From: Rhizaria sp. SCN 62-66
Lineage: Eukaryota
Length of the DNA stretch: 64,000 nucleotides
Assembly (NCBI GenBank): GCA_001724265.1
Contig: MEDY01000131.1
Location: 1 to 64,000, forward strand
Direction: 5' to 3'
Shown: positions 61,001-64,000 of the stretch, piece after piece
How positions within the stretch are numbered: the stretch's first letter is position 1
Layout of the letters: every line of letters begins with the position of its first letter
Notes under the pieces: model-generated
What the model was told of the DNA's origin: nothing
The model's database searches: none
Seen by the model: only the letters and a program-made list of their open reading frames with translations
Made by a program: the position numbers and the translations under genes

Positions 61001-64000
61001 GGATCACCAGCGCATAGCGTCTCTGCAATTAAGAGTGCGCGATTGCAGTCACCTGATCCTATAAAACAATCATTGTCCAGCAAGCATTTGAGTACATCTC
61101 AGCCTTTTAAACGCCCACCGCATTTGCGCAAGGTTACTGCAAAGAGTGTTGGTGCCAAGAAAGCGTTTTTTCCGACTACTCAAAGTGCAACACACATTAG
61201 AGAAGCAACAATGTCAATGCTTCCATTAGATGTGCACCGTGAGTCGCCTATTGCTGAAACAGCAATTGCTGTTGTCCCGCCAATCACGGTAATTGCATCC
61301 GCACCAGCACAAGAACATACGGCACACAGTGCAATGAACGCGGCCAATACAGCAGCAACGGCTATTGCTGCGGCTACAGCTGCAGTAGCGTCATCGTACA
61401 ACGTTGTTGTTGCGTCCGCGCACGCAGCTGCTGCTGCACGGATTGCGACAATTGCTGCTGCAGCTGCGGAAGCTGGGAATGAAACACCACTAACTGTTGT
61501 TGACCTTGGCAGTGACTTTGCGGGCGATTCCAACACAGGTCTTCAGAGTGAAATGTTGCCATCAGCACTGACTGACCGCAAATCCTTCCGCCATTACGCT
61601 GCGTTGCAGCAGCGTTCATTGCCGCCTGCCTTAGCACAAAGTGACGGCGACTCAGTCCACAGCTGTGACCGTGACATCAGCTCCGGTGATGAAGAGGACG
61701 CTGACGCACAAGACAACGGCAACAGCAGCAGCGTGTCTGACAGTGCTCTTGGTGTTGCTGTTGTAGAGCCTAGCCCGACGTCAGTCGTTACAACGCACGA
61801 TCTGCGTGTGCGCGCAGAGCAAAGTCGGCTAAATGTCAATCTGGATTCTTGTAACAATGACGATGGCGCTAACAGCACTGAAGAAGAAGCAGATATTAGC
61901 GGTCATGTCTTACCTCGTTCCGCGTCTTGGGAGTTTACTGGATATGAAACCGCGCCACTTTGGCACAAATTGAGCACGCCGCCACCTATGCTGTTTCAGC
62001 AACCTGCTCCGACTGCTGGTCACATTCCGGTGGCCGTAGTGACGGTGCATCGGTTACGCGATGTGCCCACAGTACCCACCGCATGCGCCGCGCTTCAAGA
62101 CGCGTGGATTCCCGCGCCGCGTGTTCATGAGAATAATGCAGTTGCACTCAACACTACAACAAGCCCAGCTACATTTTCAGGTGATCAAGACTTAGGATTC
62201 GCAACGCAACTTGAAGAAAACAACAGCGGCGAATGTGACAGTGGCCCCGCAACCGCGACACTCGCGAGTTCCGCATCTGTTCGAGAAAGCTCGTTGCCGA
62301 AATCGAATGATAGCAAAGATGGTTGTGTTGCGCGGACGACACAGTCACTCACGGTACAGCCTGCTTCATTGCAAAGCGACAGAACTGAACAGTCGACCGC
62401 TGGAGGTAGTAGTTCAGCTGGGCAGATTCGCGGCAAAACACGCTCCGATACTGGCACGCGTCCTATAATTGCAGCGCCACGCTACACCAGTGTTACAGAA
62501 GAGTCAGCAGTGACACGCAATAGTGCCACTGAGAGTGATGGCACTGCAAGCAGTGACGTGGCCTTTACTCGTGCGCGGAGCCAGAGTAGCAGTCTTACAA
62601 AGAGCACATTTGCACCGCCGCAGTTGTTTGTCGCAAAATCTAATGGTGGTGACAGCAAGAGCAGTCGAAGTCGTAGCGCAATCGAGTCAGCGTTAAACAC
62701 GACAGTCGGCACACAACATCAGAGCTGGCTTACAATCCATCCTGCGCAGTCTCCGGCGCGCGCAAGCCTCACCGTCCCGCGGTCGCCGTCGCTGACAACG
62801 ATGGAGTCCGCGCTGTCTGCCTCAAGCGTACCCAACCCTACTATCGGTGCGCTTACTGTAACAGAAACTGGCGCGCAAGAAAGCCTCGGTCTGTGGGGAC
62901 AGGTGCAAGCTGACTTGGAGTCCTGCGGCCGGAGTGCTGTGATTAAAGCATGCAAGGCGACGCCATACTACGGTGCACCGACTGCTCTTGCGATTTTAGC
63001 AAATAAGTTGCCTCTGAACACTACCATAGCTTCTCGGCGCAAGCATACCTCCCAGCAGCCCGCTGCCTCTACTGCGGGACTGTCTCCGGTTGTTTCTGGT
63101 GCAGTTGACTATGCGCAGTCAGATACATCGCGGCTTACTAGTGCAACAGAGCTCGGTGGACACACCGTTATCGTGCCCGTACACGAGTCTCCTGCACTTT
63201 TGGCAGACCGCTGGGCTGCGGACGCCGCAATGCATGCCGTCCTTACAGGGGCATTTGCGCAAGCGCAAGCGCGTTGTATTGGGGTTTTGTCCAAGTCAGA
63301 GTATAACTACCACTATCCGGCGGTCGTTGCTCGGGCTCCCGATGGCACTACGGTCGCAGGCAAGCTGTCACAGCGTGCAACAACGGACACTAAGACAGTG
63401 GTTAAAGGCGGTGCGGCAGCGCTTGTCGTGCGCGTCAGTGGTCGCCTGCGCCGTGTGTGGGCGGCGAGCACTGGCGACTGCAAGGCCATTTTGTTTCATA
63501 TGCCGCAAATAATTTCAAAGTTCGCCAACGGCGGCTATGGCGCTTCAAGTAACATTAAAGTGGCCACTGCGCCGAGCATTGTCCCTGGAGTAACTCACGA
63601 TGACTTAGCCCTTGAGCCTAGCCTTGTCTCTAACTCTGCAAAGACAGCCGCGCACGCGCGCCTACAAGCGTCTCCCCGCGGGCCGCCACCAGCGCAGACG
63701 CCGCGCGTTGTCACAACGCCATCTGCTCGCGGTGGCAACGCAGCCTTCTCGTTTGCTGCCCGCCCGCCCCTCTCTCCTGCACACGTGTCACCACGGTTTC
63801 GTGGTAGTGCAACAGGAGCTGCACAGCCAGTGGCGTGCACAGCAACAACTTGCTGTTTAACAGCTTGCACAGGTCTCTCCCCGGCGTGCGTCACCGTTCG
63901 CGCCACAGTTACAGCGACACCGCTCACGCTTGAGCACCATCCGCAGCGCGCAGACGAGGCCGCGCGCTTGCTCGCAACGCAAGTGCCCGTGTTACCAGTG
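55001..64000 (+). CDS. giant PP2C/PPM-family phosphatase (at least 3000 codons, partial at right edge) with one in-frame TAG at 58373-58375
   Basis: After the TAG the same frame appears open to 64000 (no stop-terminated ORF in that frame in the track; translated stretches checked by hand). PP2C motifs in order: RRGEPWVMEDTF (~60812), VICDGHG (~60896), GGAAALVVRV (~63407), WAASTGDCKAIL (~63458), LTLEHHPQRADEAARL (~63923). Confidence 0.82.

Noticed and set aside
8091-64000. Interpreting the TAG-interrupted genes as pseudogenes
   Set aside because: No frameshifts or internal TAA/TGA accompany the TAGs over thousands of codons and domain motifs are intact; not fully excluded.
1-64000. CRISPR arrays, tRNA/rRNA genes (including a suppressor tRNA-CUA), transposons or viral genes
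   Set aside because: None recognised by eye; repeats are coding trinucleotide tracts or short duplications. A covariance-model scan was not possible.

Overview
Gene-dense nuclear DNA of a eukaryote, most likely a unicellular protist; I cannot name the taxon. GC-rich exons encode very long, low-complexity (poly-Ala/Gln/Asn/Ser) proteins and are interrupted by short, mostly AT-rich spliceosomal introns (14 resolved, 110-189 nt, donor consensus GTACG). About 12 genes: a partial ARM-like gene, ESCRT-III Snf7/CHMP4, a J-domain-like (HPD) protein, a polytopic membrane protein, an LSD1/KDM1-like demethylase, an NnrU-family membrane protein with a probable mitochondrial presequence, a CAP-Gly+RCC1 protein, a membrane-anchored PIP kinase, a cytochrome b5-domain protein, the spliceosomal GTPase EFTUD2/Snu114, a PH-RGS-like-FHA protein and a giant PP2C phosphatase that runs off the right edge. 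Main discovery: three genes contain four in-frame TAG codons inside otherwise continuous reading frames. One sits in the middle of a CAG5-TAG-CAG10 polyglutamine tract and two others abut a CAG codon. Every unambiguous gene end is TAA or TGA. This points to a rare non-canonical nuclear genetic code in which UAG alone is a sense codon (probably Gln) while UAA and UGA remain stops. No RNA genes, CRISPR arrays or mobile elements were recognised.
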